Of a DNA stretch of 64,000 nucleotides, positions 19,920 to 29,608 are shown in pieces. Position numbers and translations under genes: made by a program. Position 1 is the stretch's first letter; each line of letters opens with the position of its first letter. Source of the DNA: an uncultured bacterium (GTDB lineage Bacteria > Planctomycetota > UBA1135 > GCA-002686595); NCBI GenBank assembly GCA_943787795.1, contig CALSNU010000002.1:736001-800000 (forward strand), read 5' to 3'. The notes below the pieces were generated by a model. It saw nothing but the letters and a program-made list of their open reading frames with translations, did no database searches and was not told where the DNA came from.

Positions 19920-20990
19920 TTGGAATCTGCCGTCCTAGAGGTGAGCAGGGCTGCCATTGCCCATAACTACGACGCCATCTCCCGCGCTGTACCTGGGTCG
20001 GAGGTCATGGGGGTCGTGAAGGCCGATGGCTACGGGCACGGTGCCGTTGAGGTTGCGCGGGTGCTAAGCGAAGCGGGCGCGAGGACAGTCGGTGTGGCGT
20101 CGTGCGACGAGGCAGTCGAGCTGCGTCAGCACTTAGGCTTCCCGCTGGAGCGCCTGCAGGTCGTCGTGTTGGGCGGCGTCGCGGACCCCGAAGAGGCCGC
20201 GGCGTGTGAGATCTGGGGACTGACTCCGGTCATCCATGATCTGGAGCAGTTTTGTTGGCTCGAGACGGCTGGTTTCACCGGGCGATTCTGGGCCAAGATT
20301 GACACGGGCATGAGTCGGCTGGGCCTTCGCGATCTGAATGCCTTTCGGCAGTGCGTTACCGATGCTCGCAGGTTGCCTGAGTATCTGATGAGCCACCTGG
20401 CATGTGCCGATGACCGGGACCACCCGCTGAACACAGAGCAATGGTCGCGATTCGTAGGCGAGTTGGAGCGTTGGCCGGAGGGCGTCAGCGGCTCGCTCTT
20501 GAACAGCGCAGGCGTGGCGAACTTCTCCGACTGGGGACTCGGGGTCGTTCGACCTGGCATCGGCATCTACGGTGGGAGTGGGGAGCTCAACGAGACGCTC
20601 GGCCTTCGGCGAGCTTCCGTGCTACGGGCGAGGGTCAAGCAGGTGAGGTTGGTCCGAGCAGGCCGCACCGTCTCGTATGGCGCTACCCATCAGTTCCTCA
20701 GAGATTCGAGGATTGCAGTCCTTGGCATCGGGTACGCAGACGGAATGCCCTGGCACCTCTCCGGAGTAGGGCGGGTCTCCTTCGGCGGAGAGCTGTGCCC
20801 GATCGTCGGCCGAGTGTGCATGGACTACACGATGGTGGACGTCTCGGGGACCGAGGTGGAGCCGGGCGACATGGTCGAGGTCTGGGGAGGGATCGACGGC
20901 CTCGATGAGGTTGCCGAGATGGCAGGGACCATCGGTTACGAGCTGCTCACGCGGCTCGGCTCCAGGGTGCGGCGCGTGTACGTGGACTGA
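19920..20990 (+). CDS. alr: Alanine racemase
   Basis: VVKADGYGHG (PLP Lys), KIDTGMSRLG, MSHLACAD, VRPGIGIYG, VSYG (catalytic Tyr), GYADG, GRVCMD, GTIGYELL; TTG start. Confidence 0.95.
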   Translation: MESAVLEVSRAAIAHNYDAISRAVPGSEVMGVVKADGYGHGAVEVARVLSEAGARTVGVASCDEAVELRQHLGFPLERLQVVVLGGVADPEEAAACEIWGLTPVIHDLEQFCWLETAGFTGRFWAKIDTGMSRLGLRDLNAFRQCVTDARRLPEYLMSHLACADDRDHPLNTEQWSRFVGELERWPEGVSGSLLNSAGVANFSDWGLGVVRPGIGIYGGSGELNETLGLRRASVLRARVKQVRLVRAGRTVSYGATHQFLRDSRIAVLGIGYADGMPWHLSGVGRVSFGGELCPIVGRVCMDYTMVDVSGTEVEPGDMVEVWGGIDGLDEVAEMAGTIGYELLTRLGSRVRRVYVD

Positions 20991-21046
20991 GCGGAGAATG
21001 CCGTCTAGGTGGCCCCCACCCGATGACGGGCTCTGGCCTCGATGCC

Positions 21047-21104
21047 CTGAGCCGGGGCTCGGGCGCTGGTCGTGGAGTGAACCGGTCTCTGGTGGGTCGG
21101 AGCG
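21047..21104 (+). repeat. Right copy of a degenerate direct repeat flanking the D-Ala island
   Basis: CTGAGCCGGgGcTCGG...GAaCCGGTCTCTGGTgGGTC.GAGCG, matching 14351-14402. Confidence 0.55.
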
Positions 21105-21106
21105 TC

Positions 21107-21387
21107 TCAGTGAAAGTCCCTCGACCCCGCGCTGATGCCGGCGGCGAGGTCGTCGAGGCTCTCGGAGCGGTCGACGATCAGGTGGACCACCCCGCCTGAG
21201 CGGTCGATGCGGCCGTGGACGAGGAGGAGGACGCCGTCGCGGGCGGTGGCGCTCTTAGGTGTTGGGGTGGACGACGAGGTTGGAGGTGCCGGTCTCGTCC
21301 TCGAGGGTGATGAAGATGATCCCCTGGGCGGTGGCGGGGCGCTGGCGGACGAGGACCATGCCGGCGACGGCGACGCGGGCGTCCTGG
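21107..21387 (-). pseudogene. Diverged 3' fragment of dnaE2 (OB-fold end), frameshifted
   Basis: Aligns to 26175-26463 ([29 protein letters not shown]...GSRDFH*) with substitutions and loss of one GGTGGCGC 8-mer. Confidence 0.9.
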
Positions 21388-21788
21388 ACGGCGGATGGGG
21401 CTGGGGCGCGACGAGACTCGACGACGACAACGACGGGGACCAGGACCTCTACGTGGTCCACCAAGGCGAGCTCCCCGTCCTCTACGAGAACGTGGGCGGG
21501 AACCAGAACGACTGGGTCCAGCTGGACCTGGTGGGCAGCGCCTCCAACCGCGACGCCGTGGGCGCCTTCGTGCGCCTCACCGCCGCGCCGGGGGCGCCCG
21601 AGCAGGTGCGCGAGACCAGCCGCGGCAGCAACTACCTCTCCTCGGACGAGGACCTGGTGCACTTCGGTCTCGGCCCGCCCACCTCCATGGGCACCGTCGT
21701 CCGCATCGAGATCCGCTGGCCCAGCGGCCAGACCACCGTGCTCACGGATGTGCCGCGCAACCAGCGCCACACCATCATCGAGCCCTGA
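21387..21788 (+). pseudogene. Diverged 3' fragment of the CRTAC1/ASPIC-UnbV gene with an internal deletion
   Basis: Matches ~10983-11035, then jumps to ~11225-11573 between two D.DGD repeats; no start codon or signal peptide. Confidence 0.9.
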
Positions 21789-21904
21789 AGTCGGCGGGAC
21801 CGGGGTAAGGCGCCCTGGAACTTCCATTTGCCGCGTAACTTCCGCGGCGCCGCGCGGTTCGACGCCGAGGACCCGCTCGCACCGGCTGCACCCTTCCCAC
21901 GCCC

Positions 21905-24900
21905 ATGCTCCAACTCTCCGTCGCCTGCCTGCTCGCCCCGTTCGCCGCCGCGCCCCAGTCGGACTTTGTGCAATGGGAGACCCCGCACGTCTCGCCCATC
22001 GCCCTCGATGCTGCCGGGCAGCGGCTCCTGGTCTGCAACACCCCGGACGCCCGCCTCGAGGTCCTCGACCTCTCCAGCGGGCTGCCCGTCCCGTCGCTCG
22101 CGATCCCCGTGGGCCTGGACCCGGTGACCGTGCGGCTGCGCGGCGGGGACGAGGCCTGGGTGGTGAACTCGATCTCCGACTCCATCAGCGTGGTGGACCT
22201 CGCGTCGGGGTCCGTGGTCCGCACGATCCGGACCGCGGACGAGCCGGCGGACGTGGTGTTCGCGGGCAGCCCCGTGCGGGCCTTCGTCTCCTGCTCCCAG
22301 CCGAACCTGGTGCAGGTCTTCGACCCGGACGCGCCCGGCGCGCCCCCTCGCGGAAATCCCGCTGCGCGCGGAGGAGCCCCGCGCCATGGCCGTGAGCCCC
22401 GACGGCTCCACGGTCCACGTGGCCATCTTCGAGTCGGGCAACGGCTCCACGACCCTCGCCGGCGGCGCGGACCCGAACAACGGGACGCCCGAGATCCCCA
22501 ACGTGGTCTCCGATCCTGCGGGGCCCTACGGGGGGCAGAACCCGCCGCCCAACGACGGCACGTCCTTCTCTCCGGCCTTGCGCCCGGGCAACCCGGCGCC
22601 GCCGGCGGTCGGGCTGATTGTCAAGCAGGACGCCCAGGGGCGCTGGATGGACGACAACGGCGGGAACTGGACCGACCTCGTCAGCGGCCCTGACGCGGCG
22701 CGCTCCGGCCGTCCCGTGGGCTGGCGTCTCGCCGACCGTGACGTGGCGAACATCGACGCCCAGTCCCTGGCGGTCACCTACAGCGGCGGGCTCATGAACA
22801 TCAACATGGCCCTCGCGGTGCACCCGGTGAGCGAGTCGGTGACCGTCGTCGGGACAGACGGGACGAACGAGGTCCGCTTCGAGCCGAACCTCGACGGGGT
22901 CTTCCTGCGGGTGCGCCTCGCGGCGGTTCCCACTTCGGGCTCGACGACGCTGGTGGACCTCAACCCGCACCTGGACTACTCCACCAGCAGCGTCCCCCAG
23001 GCGGAGCGGGACCTCGCCGTCGGGGACCCCCGCGGCATCGCCTGGCGCGCCGACGGCGGGCGGGCGTACATCACCGGGATGGGCTCGAACAACGTCGTGG
23101 CGGTCGACGCCACGGGAGCGCGCGTGGGCGCGCCCATGGAGGTGGGGGAGGGGCCGACGGGCATCGTCCTCGACGCCGCCGGTCAGCGGGCGTTCGTGGT
23201 CAACAAGTTCGACGCGAGCGTCTCGGTGCTCGACCTAGTCCAGGGCCAAGAGACCGCGCGGGTCCCGTTCCACGATCCCTCGCCCGAGGCGATCAAGGTC
23301 GGCCGGCGCCACCTCTACGACACCCACGCCACCTCCGGGCTCGGCCACGTCTCGTGCGCGTCGTGCCACGTGGACTCGCGCACCGACCGCCTCGCCTGGG
23401 ACCTGGGCGACCCCACCCTGCCCATGGACCCCGACAACGGGCTGAACCTCGGCATGGGGATCCCCGGGCTCAACGTCGGCTTCGAGGACTTCCACCCCAT
23501 GAAGGGGCCGATGACCACGCAGACCCTGCAGGACATCATCGGCAAGGAGCCCCTGCACTGGCGCGGGGACAAGGACAGCCTGCACGACTTCGCCCTGGCC
23601 TTCGTGCTCCTCCAGGGGGACGACGCGCCGCCGACCCCGACGGACATCGACGAGTTCGAGGCCTTCCTCGCCACGGTGGCGTTCCCCCCGAACCCATTCC
23701 GCGGCCCCGACAACAGCCTGCCCACGGACCTCCCGCTCCCCGAGCACTTCAGCCCCGGCCGCTTCTCTCCGGCCGGGACGCCCCTGCCGAACGGGGACGC
23801 CCAGGCCGCCCTCGGGCTCTACCTGCCGCCGACGCTCCTGGATGCGGGGGCCTTGGCCTGCGTCACCTGCCACACGCTGCCCACGGGCCTCGGCCCCGAC
23901 ATGCGGCTGCAGGGCTTCACCTACGTCCCGTTCCCGGAGGGCCCCGAGGGGGAGGCGCACCACGGCCTCGTCTCCGCGGACGGCTCCACGAACGTGAACA
24001 TGAAGATCTCGCAGCTGCGGAACATGCACGAGAAGGTGGGGCTCGACTTCACGCAGCCGGAGGCCCTCTCGGGCTTCGGGTTCCTGCACGACGGCAGCAT
24101 CCCCTCCATCGCCGCCTTCCTCGCCTCCGACACCTTCGACTTCCAGAACGACCAGCAGCTGGCGGACATGGTCGCGCTGATGATGGCCTTCGCCGGGTCG
24201 GACCTGCCGAACGGGTCGGTGAACACCGTCCTGTTCCCTCCGGGCACCGAGAGCCTCGACACCCACGCCGGGGTCGGGATCCAGCTGACCCTCGAGGACG
24301 TCACCAGCGCCTCCCAGGAAGACCTCGACCTCCTGTCGTTGCTGGCCGATGAAGCCGAGCTGGGTCGGATCGGCCTCGTGGCCCACGGTCTCCTGGGCGG
24401 CGTCCGAAGGGGGGCGGCCTACCTGCCGGGCGGCACTGTCCAGACCGACCGCGCCTCCGAGACGATGACGACCGCGGACCTCCTCGCGCTCGCCACCCCC
24501 GCCGCGCCGCTCACCTTCACCGCGGTGCCCGCCGGCACCCAGCGGCGCATCGGCGTGGACCGGGACGCTGACGGCTTCCTGGACCAGGACGAGCGCGACG
24601 CGGGCAGCGATCCCGCGAACCCGAACAGCGTCCCGTCCATCGGCTCGGGCTACTGCGGCCCCGCTGCGCCGAACGCCTCGGGCGCCCCGGGCCGCATCGC
24701 CGCCGTCGGCAGCCCCGTGGCCGCCGACAACGACCTGCGCCTCTCGGCCACGTCGCTGCCGGCCCAGAGCGCGGGCTATTTCGTCGGCTCCATGACCCAG
24801 GCCTTCGTCCCGAACCCCGGCGGCAGCGTGGGCAACCTGTGCATCGCCGGCGACGTCGCTCGGTTCGCGGCCCAGCTCCGCACCACGGGGACCACGGGCT

Positions 24901-25058
24901 CGTTCTCCATCGAGGTCGACCTCACCGCCATTCCCACCAATCCCAACCAGCCCGTCCTCGCCGGTCAGACCTGGAACTTCCAGGCCTGGTTCCGCGACTC
25001 CGCCGGCGGCCAGGCCACCTCGAACTTCACCGACGGGATCTCGATCCCGTTCCAGTGA
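21905..25058 (+). pseudogene. YncE/YVTN beta-propeller plus diheme cytochrome c (peroxidase-like) surface protein, split by a +1 frameshift at the C5 run 22343-22347
   Basis: Signal peptide; [33 protein letters not shown] and ACVTCH; HPMKGPMTTQTL; GFGFLHDG; shared C-terminal domain. Removing one C gives APLAEIPLRAEEPRAMAVS. Could be a sequencing error. Confidence 0.8.
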
Positions 25059-25265
25059 GCCCCCGTGGGAGGCGCTCGGCCGCGGCGGGTGGCCGGACGC
25101 CCTTGGCCCCTGTGGTGACGATCCCGACCACCGGAAGGGTCCCTGGGACGCCCAAGGGGGCGCCTGCGTCATCGAGCCCGGCCGTGTTCGGCGGGCGTCG
25201 AATCCAGCGGCGCCGCGCCGCGATTCGCTGAACGAGGAGCGCGGGCAGGCCCCGCGACCCGTTCC

Positions 25266-26147
25266 ATGCCGAGGTTGCACGAGAGGATCTTCGAGGCGCT
25301 GCGCGCCCGATGGGAGTCGCCGAGGACCCGCCGCGCCATCAGCTGGGCCCTGACGGGGTCGTTCTTCGTGTCGATCGTCTGCATCGAGCTCGCCCGGCAG
25401 GGGTGGATGCCAACCGCCCTCGGCCAGCCTCTCCCGACCAACCACCTGGCGGCGATCTCCTGGGTCTTCACCCTGCTGCTGATCGTGGAGGTGCTGGACC
25501 TGATCTTCTCCCTGGCGGAGTCCATCGCGAACGCCCTGGGCAAGCAGCTGGAGATCTTCTCCCTGATCCTGGTCCGCAAGACCTTCGACGAGCTCGCGCG
25601 CCTGCCCGAGCCCATCGATATCGGCGGCGCCACCGAGGTCCTGCTCGAGATGGGCGCCCTCGCGGTCAGCGCCTTGATCGTCTTCGTCGCGCTGACCCTC
25701 TACTACCGTCTCCAGCGCCACCGCCCCATCTCCACGGACGCGGCCGACGTGGCCCACTTCGTCTCCCTGAAGAAGGCCGTCTGCCTCGGACTCCTCCTGG
25801 CCTTCGTGGTCACCGGCGCCCTCTTCGGCCTCAGCTCCCTCACCGTCGACGCCCCCGACCAGGCCCTGTCCCTGGACTTCTTCGTCGTCTTCTTCACCGT
25901 CCTGGTCTTCTCGGACGTCCTCCTGGTCCTCGCCTCCCTCACCGTCACCCGCGCGTACCGCGTCGTCTTCCGCAACTTCACCTTCGCGGTCGTCACGGTC
26001 TTCCTCCGTATCGCCCTCGTCGCTGACCCCTACCCCAAGTCGATTCTCGGCGCCGCCACCGCCCTCTTCGCCCTCGCCGCCGCCTGGGCCTTCGACTTCA
26101 GCCGGCCGGATCCAGCCCAGTCCGAAGACGAGCGGCGGTCGGGGTAG
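25266..26147 (+). CDS. Multi-pass membrane protein of unknown function
   Basis: 293 aa, about 7-8 hydrophobic helices, GKQLEIFSLILVRKTF motif, GC3-rich codons. Confidence 0.8.
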   Translation: MPRLHERIFEALRARWESPRTRRAISWALTGSFFVSIVCIELARQGWMPTALGQPLPTNHLAAISWVFTLLLIVEVLDLIFSLAESIANALGKQLEIFSLILVRKTFDELARLPEPIDIGGATEVLLEMGALAVSALIVFVALTLYYRLQRHRPISTDAADVAHFVSLKKAVCLGLLLAFVVTGALFGLSSLTVDAPDQALSLDFFVVFFTVLVFSDVLLVLASLTVTRAYRVVFRNFTFAVVTVFLRIALVADPYPKSILGAATALFALAAAWAFDFSRPDPAQSEDERRSG

Positions 26148-26174
26148 CTGCAGCTGGACGGAGCCCCTGCGCGC

Positions 26175-29100
26175 TCAGTGGAAGTCCCTCGACCCGCCCT
26201 GCATTCCGGCGGCGAGGTCGTCGAGGCTCTCGAAGCGGTCGACGATGAGGTGGACGACCTCGCCCGCGCGGTCGATGCGGCCCTCGACGAGGAGGAGGAC
26301 GCCGTGGCGGGCGGTGGCGCGGTGGCGCTCGTAGGTCCTGGGGTGGACGACGAGGTTGGAGGTGCCGGTCTCGTCCTCGAGGGTGATGAAGATGATCCCC
26401 TGGGCGGTGGCGGGGCGCTGGCGGACGAGGACCATGCCGGCGACGGCGACGCAGGCGTCCTGGGGGCAGCGGGTGGGGTCGAGGAGGGCGGCGGCGGTGA
26501 GGGCGCCGCGGCGGTCGAGGGCGGGGCGCAGGAAGGAGACGGGGTGGGCCTTGAGGGACAGGCCCTGGGTGGCGTAGTCGCGGACCACCTCGGTGAGGGG
26601 GGCGATGGGGGGCAGGGCCTCGGCGCCGGCGCCGCCGTCGGTGTCCACGTGGGCGAAGAGGCCGGGCTCGGAGAGGTCCTCGTCCCGTAGGGCGCGCACG
26701 GCCCAGAGGGCGGCCTTGCGATCGAGCTCGAGGGAGCCGAAGGCGTCGGCGGAGGCCAGGGGACGCAGGCGGGAGGCGCGCAGGCCGGAGCGGCGCTGGA
26801 GCTCGTCCACCGAGCGGAAGGGGCGGCCCAGGCGCTCGCGGGCTGTGGCGATGGCGTCGGCGGCGGGCCGGCGCAGGCCCTTCACGAGGCGCATGCCCAG
26901 GCGCAGGGCCGCGCCCTCCATGGAGCAGTCCCACTGGCTGTGGTTCACGTCGACCGGGCGCACCTCGACCCCGTGGCGCTCGGCGTCCTGGACGAGCTGG
27001 GCGGGGGCGTAGAAGCCCATGGGCTGGCTGTTGATCAGCGCGCCGCAGAAGGCGCCGGGGTGGTAGAGCTTGAGCCACGAGGACACGTAGACCAGCAGCG
27101 CGAAGCTCGCGGCGTGGGACTCGGGGAAGCCGTACTCGCTGAAGCCCTCCAGCTGGCGGAAGATGCGCTGGGCGAAGGCCTCGTCGTAGCCGTTGTCGAG
27201 CATGCCCTCCACCAGCTGCTCGCCGTAGCGCTGCATCAGGTCGCTCTTGCGCTTCCACGCGGCCATGGCCCGCCGCAGCTTGTCTGCCTCGCCGGGCGTG
27301 AAGCCGGCGGCCACCACCGCCAGCGCCATGGCTTGCTCCTGGAAGAGCGGCACGCCGAGGGTCTTCTCGAGCACCCGCCGCACCTCCGGGCTCGGGTAGG
27401 TGACCGCCTCGGTCCCGTCCCGCCGCCGCAAGTAGGGGTGCACCATGTCCCCCTGGATCGGCCCCGGCCGCACGATCGCCACCTCGACCACCAGGTCGTA
27501 GAACTCCACCGGCTTCAGCCGCGGCAGCATCGACATCTGCGCCCGCGACTCGATCTGGAAGACGCCCATGGTGTCGGCGCGGCAGATCATCTCGTACACC
27601 GCCGGGTCCTCGGGCGGGATGGTGTGCATGGTGAAGCCGCCGGCCTCGGGCACCTCGAAGCCGCGCTCCTCCCCGCTCTCGTCCACCAGCTCGAAGGTCT
27701 TGCGGATGGCAGTGAGCATCCCGAGGCCCAGGAGGTCCACCTTGAGGATCCCCAGCGCGTCGATGTCGTCCTTGTCCCACTCGATCACCGTGCGGTCCGC
27801 CATGGACGCGTTCTCGATGGGGACCATCTCGGTCAGGAGGTCCTCGGTGATCACGAAGCCGCCCACGTGCTGGGAGAGGTGGCGGGGGAAGCCGAGGATC
27901 TCCTTGGTCAGCGCCACGAAGCGGCGGGTGGCGGGCGCCTGGGGGTCGAGGCCGTGGGCGGCGAGGCCCACGCTGCCGTTCTCCTCGGCGGCGGCGCCGA
28001 CGCCGTCGGTCCACCAGTCGATGTCCTTGGCGAGGGCGTCCACCAGCTCCGGCGAGAAGCCGAGCGCCTTGCCAACGTCCCGCACGGCGCTGCGGCCGCG
28101 GTAGCTGATGACCTCGGCGGTCAGCGCGGCGCGGTCCCGGCCGTAGCGCCGGTACACGTACTGCAGCACCTCCTCGCGCCGCTCGTGCTCGAAGTCGATG
28201 TCGATGTCGGGCGGTTCGCCGCGCTCCTTGGAGAGGAAGCGCTCGAACAGCAGGTCGATACGGTCGGGGTCCACCGCCGTCACCCCGAGGCAGTAGCACA
28301 CCGCCGAGTTCGCCGCCGCGCCGCGCCCCTGGCACATGATCTCCCGCGACCGGGCGAAGCGCACGATGTCGTGCACCGTGAGGAAGTACGGCGCGTAGTC
28401 GAGCTCCTCGATCAGCTGGAACTCGTGCTCGATGCGCGCCCGGGTCTCGGGCGGCACGCCGTGCGGGTAGCGCTCCGCCGCCCCGAGCCAGGTCTCGTCC
28501 ACCAGGGTCTCCAGGGCCGTCCGCCCGTCCGTGCGCACCTCCGAGGGGTAGTGGTAGCGCAGCTCCGAGAGGGAGAAGCGCGCCGCCTCCTGGGCCAGCT
28601 CCGCCGCGCGCGCCGTGAGGTCGTCGTGGCCGCGGAACAGGGCCGTCATCTCGGCCGGCGTCTTCAGGCGCCGCTCGGCGTTGGGGAACAGGTCGGCGCC
28701 CACGGTGTCCACGGGCCGGCCCACGCGGATGGCGGTGAGCACGTCCTGCAGCGCCCGCCGCCGCCGCTCGTGGTAGTGCACGTCGTTGAGGGCGACCAGC
28801 GGCGCGTCCACCCGCGCCCCGAGGCGCGCGGTGCGCTCACGCTCGGCCCGGTCGTCGGGCCCGTACAGGGCGCAGGCCCCGAGGAACAGGCGGTCCGGGT
28901 TCATGGCGCCGCGCAGCCGGGACACGGCGCGCTCGTGCTGCGTCCAGGTCGGCTGCGCCACCGCGAGCTCCGGCGGGAGCACCACGGCGAGCAGGCCCTC
29001 CTGGTGCTCGAGCAGGTCGTCGAGCTCCAGGTGGCACGACCCCTTCTCCGCCCGCCGCTTGCCGCGGGTGAGCAGCCGCGAGAGCCGCCCGTAGCCCGCG

Positions 29101-29471
29101 CGGTCCCGGGGGAACGCGAGCACCTCGGGGGCGCCCCCCTCCTCGAGGTCGAAGCTGAGCCGCGCGCCCACCGCGAGCCCGATGCCGCACTCCTCCGCCG
29201 CCACGTGGGCGCGCACCACGCCGGCGAGGGAGTTGCGGTCCGCGATGGCGGCGGCCCGGTGGCCGAGGGCGGCGGCGGTGTGCACCAGCTCCTCGGGGTG
29301 GCTCGCGCCCCGCAGGAAGCTGAAGTTCGACGCCACCGCGAGCTCGGCGTACGGCGTCCCGTCCGCGGTGTCCGCCGCGTCCCCCGGGCACGCCTCCCCG
29401 CCGGGCCCGGCGAGGGCGCCGGGCGCCTTGGCCGGGTGGGGGACGAGCTTGGTGGAGGGGATCTCGGGCAC
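26175..29471 (-). CDS. dnaE2: Error-prone DNA polymerase (DnaE2/ImuC)
   Basis: YAELAVASNFSFLRGASHPEELV, QGRGAAANSAVCY, PPDIDIDFEHERREE, PRHLSQHVGG, YGFPESHAASFA, NSQPMGFYAP, C-terminal SRDFH. Confidence 0.97.
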   Translation of the reverse strand: MPEIPSTKLVPHPAKAPGALAGPGGEACPGDAADTADGTPYAELAVASNFSFLRGASHPEELVHTAAALGHRAAAIADRNSLAGVVRAHVAAEECGIGLAVGARLSFDLEEGGAPEVLAFPRDRAGYGRLSRLLTRGKRRAEKGSCHLELDDLLEHQEGLLAVVLPPELAVAQPTWTQHERAVSRLRGAMNPDRLFLGACALYGPDDRAERERTARLGARVDAPLVALNDVHYHERRRRALQDVLTAIRVGRPVDTVGADLFPNAERRLKTPAEMTALFRGHDDLTARAAELAQEAARFSLSELRYHYPSEVRTDGRTALETLVDETWLGAAERYPHGVPPETRARIEHEFQLIEELDYAPYFLTVHDIVRFARSREIMCQGRGAAANSAVCYCLGVTAVDPDRIDLLFERFLSKERGEPPDIDIDFEHERREEVLQYVYRRYGRDRAALTAEVISYRGRSAVRDVGKALGFSPELVDALAKDIDWWTDGVGAAAEENGSVGLAAHGLDPQAPATRRFVALTKEILGFPRHLSQHVGGFVITEDLLTEMVPIENASMADRTVIEWDKDDIDALGILKVDLLGLGMLTAIRKTFELVDESGEERGFEVPEAGGFTMHTIPPEDPAVYEMICRADTMGVFQIESRAQMSMLPRLKPVEFYDLVVEVAIVRPGPIQGDMVHPYLRRRDGTEAVTYPSPEVRRVLEKTLGVPLFQEQAMALAVVAAGFTPGEADKLRRAMAAWKRKSDLMQRYGEQLVEGMLDNGYDEAFAQRIFRQLEGFSEYGFPESHAASFALLVYVSSWLKLYHPGAFCGALINSQPMGFYAPAQLVQDAERHGVEVRPVDVNHSQWDCSMEGAALRLGMRLVKGLRRPAADAIATARERLGRPFRSVDELQRRSGLRASRLRPLASADAFGSLELDRKAALWAVRALRDEDLSEPGLFAHVDTDGGAGAEALPPIAPLTEVVRDYATQGLSLKAHPVSFLRPALDRRGALTAAALLDPTRCPQDACVAVAGMVLVRQRPATAQGIIFITLEDETGTSNLVVHPRTYERHRATARHGVLLLVEGRIDRAGEVVHLIVDRFESLDDLAAGMQGGSRDFH

Positions 29472-29608
29472 GCTTAGATGGTAGGTTTTTGTTAGGATTC
29501 ATGGTGAGGGCGAGCGGCCTTGTCGCGGTTACCGGGGGTCGAAGGGCCTGTAGTCTTGGCACCGAGACCGTAGATCCACCCCCGCCCGACGCGGCGGCCT
29601 GCCGAACC

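Noticed and set aside
21135..21788. 217-aa ORF as a genuine gene
   Set aside because: N-terminal part is the antisense of the dnaE2 fragment; only the C-terminal part is CRTAC1-derived.
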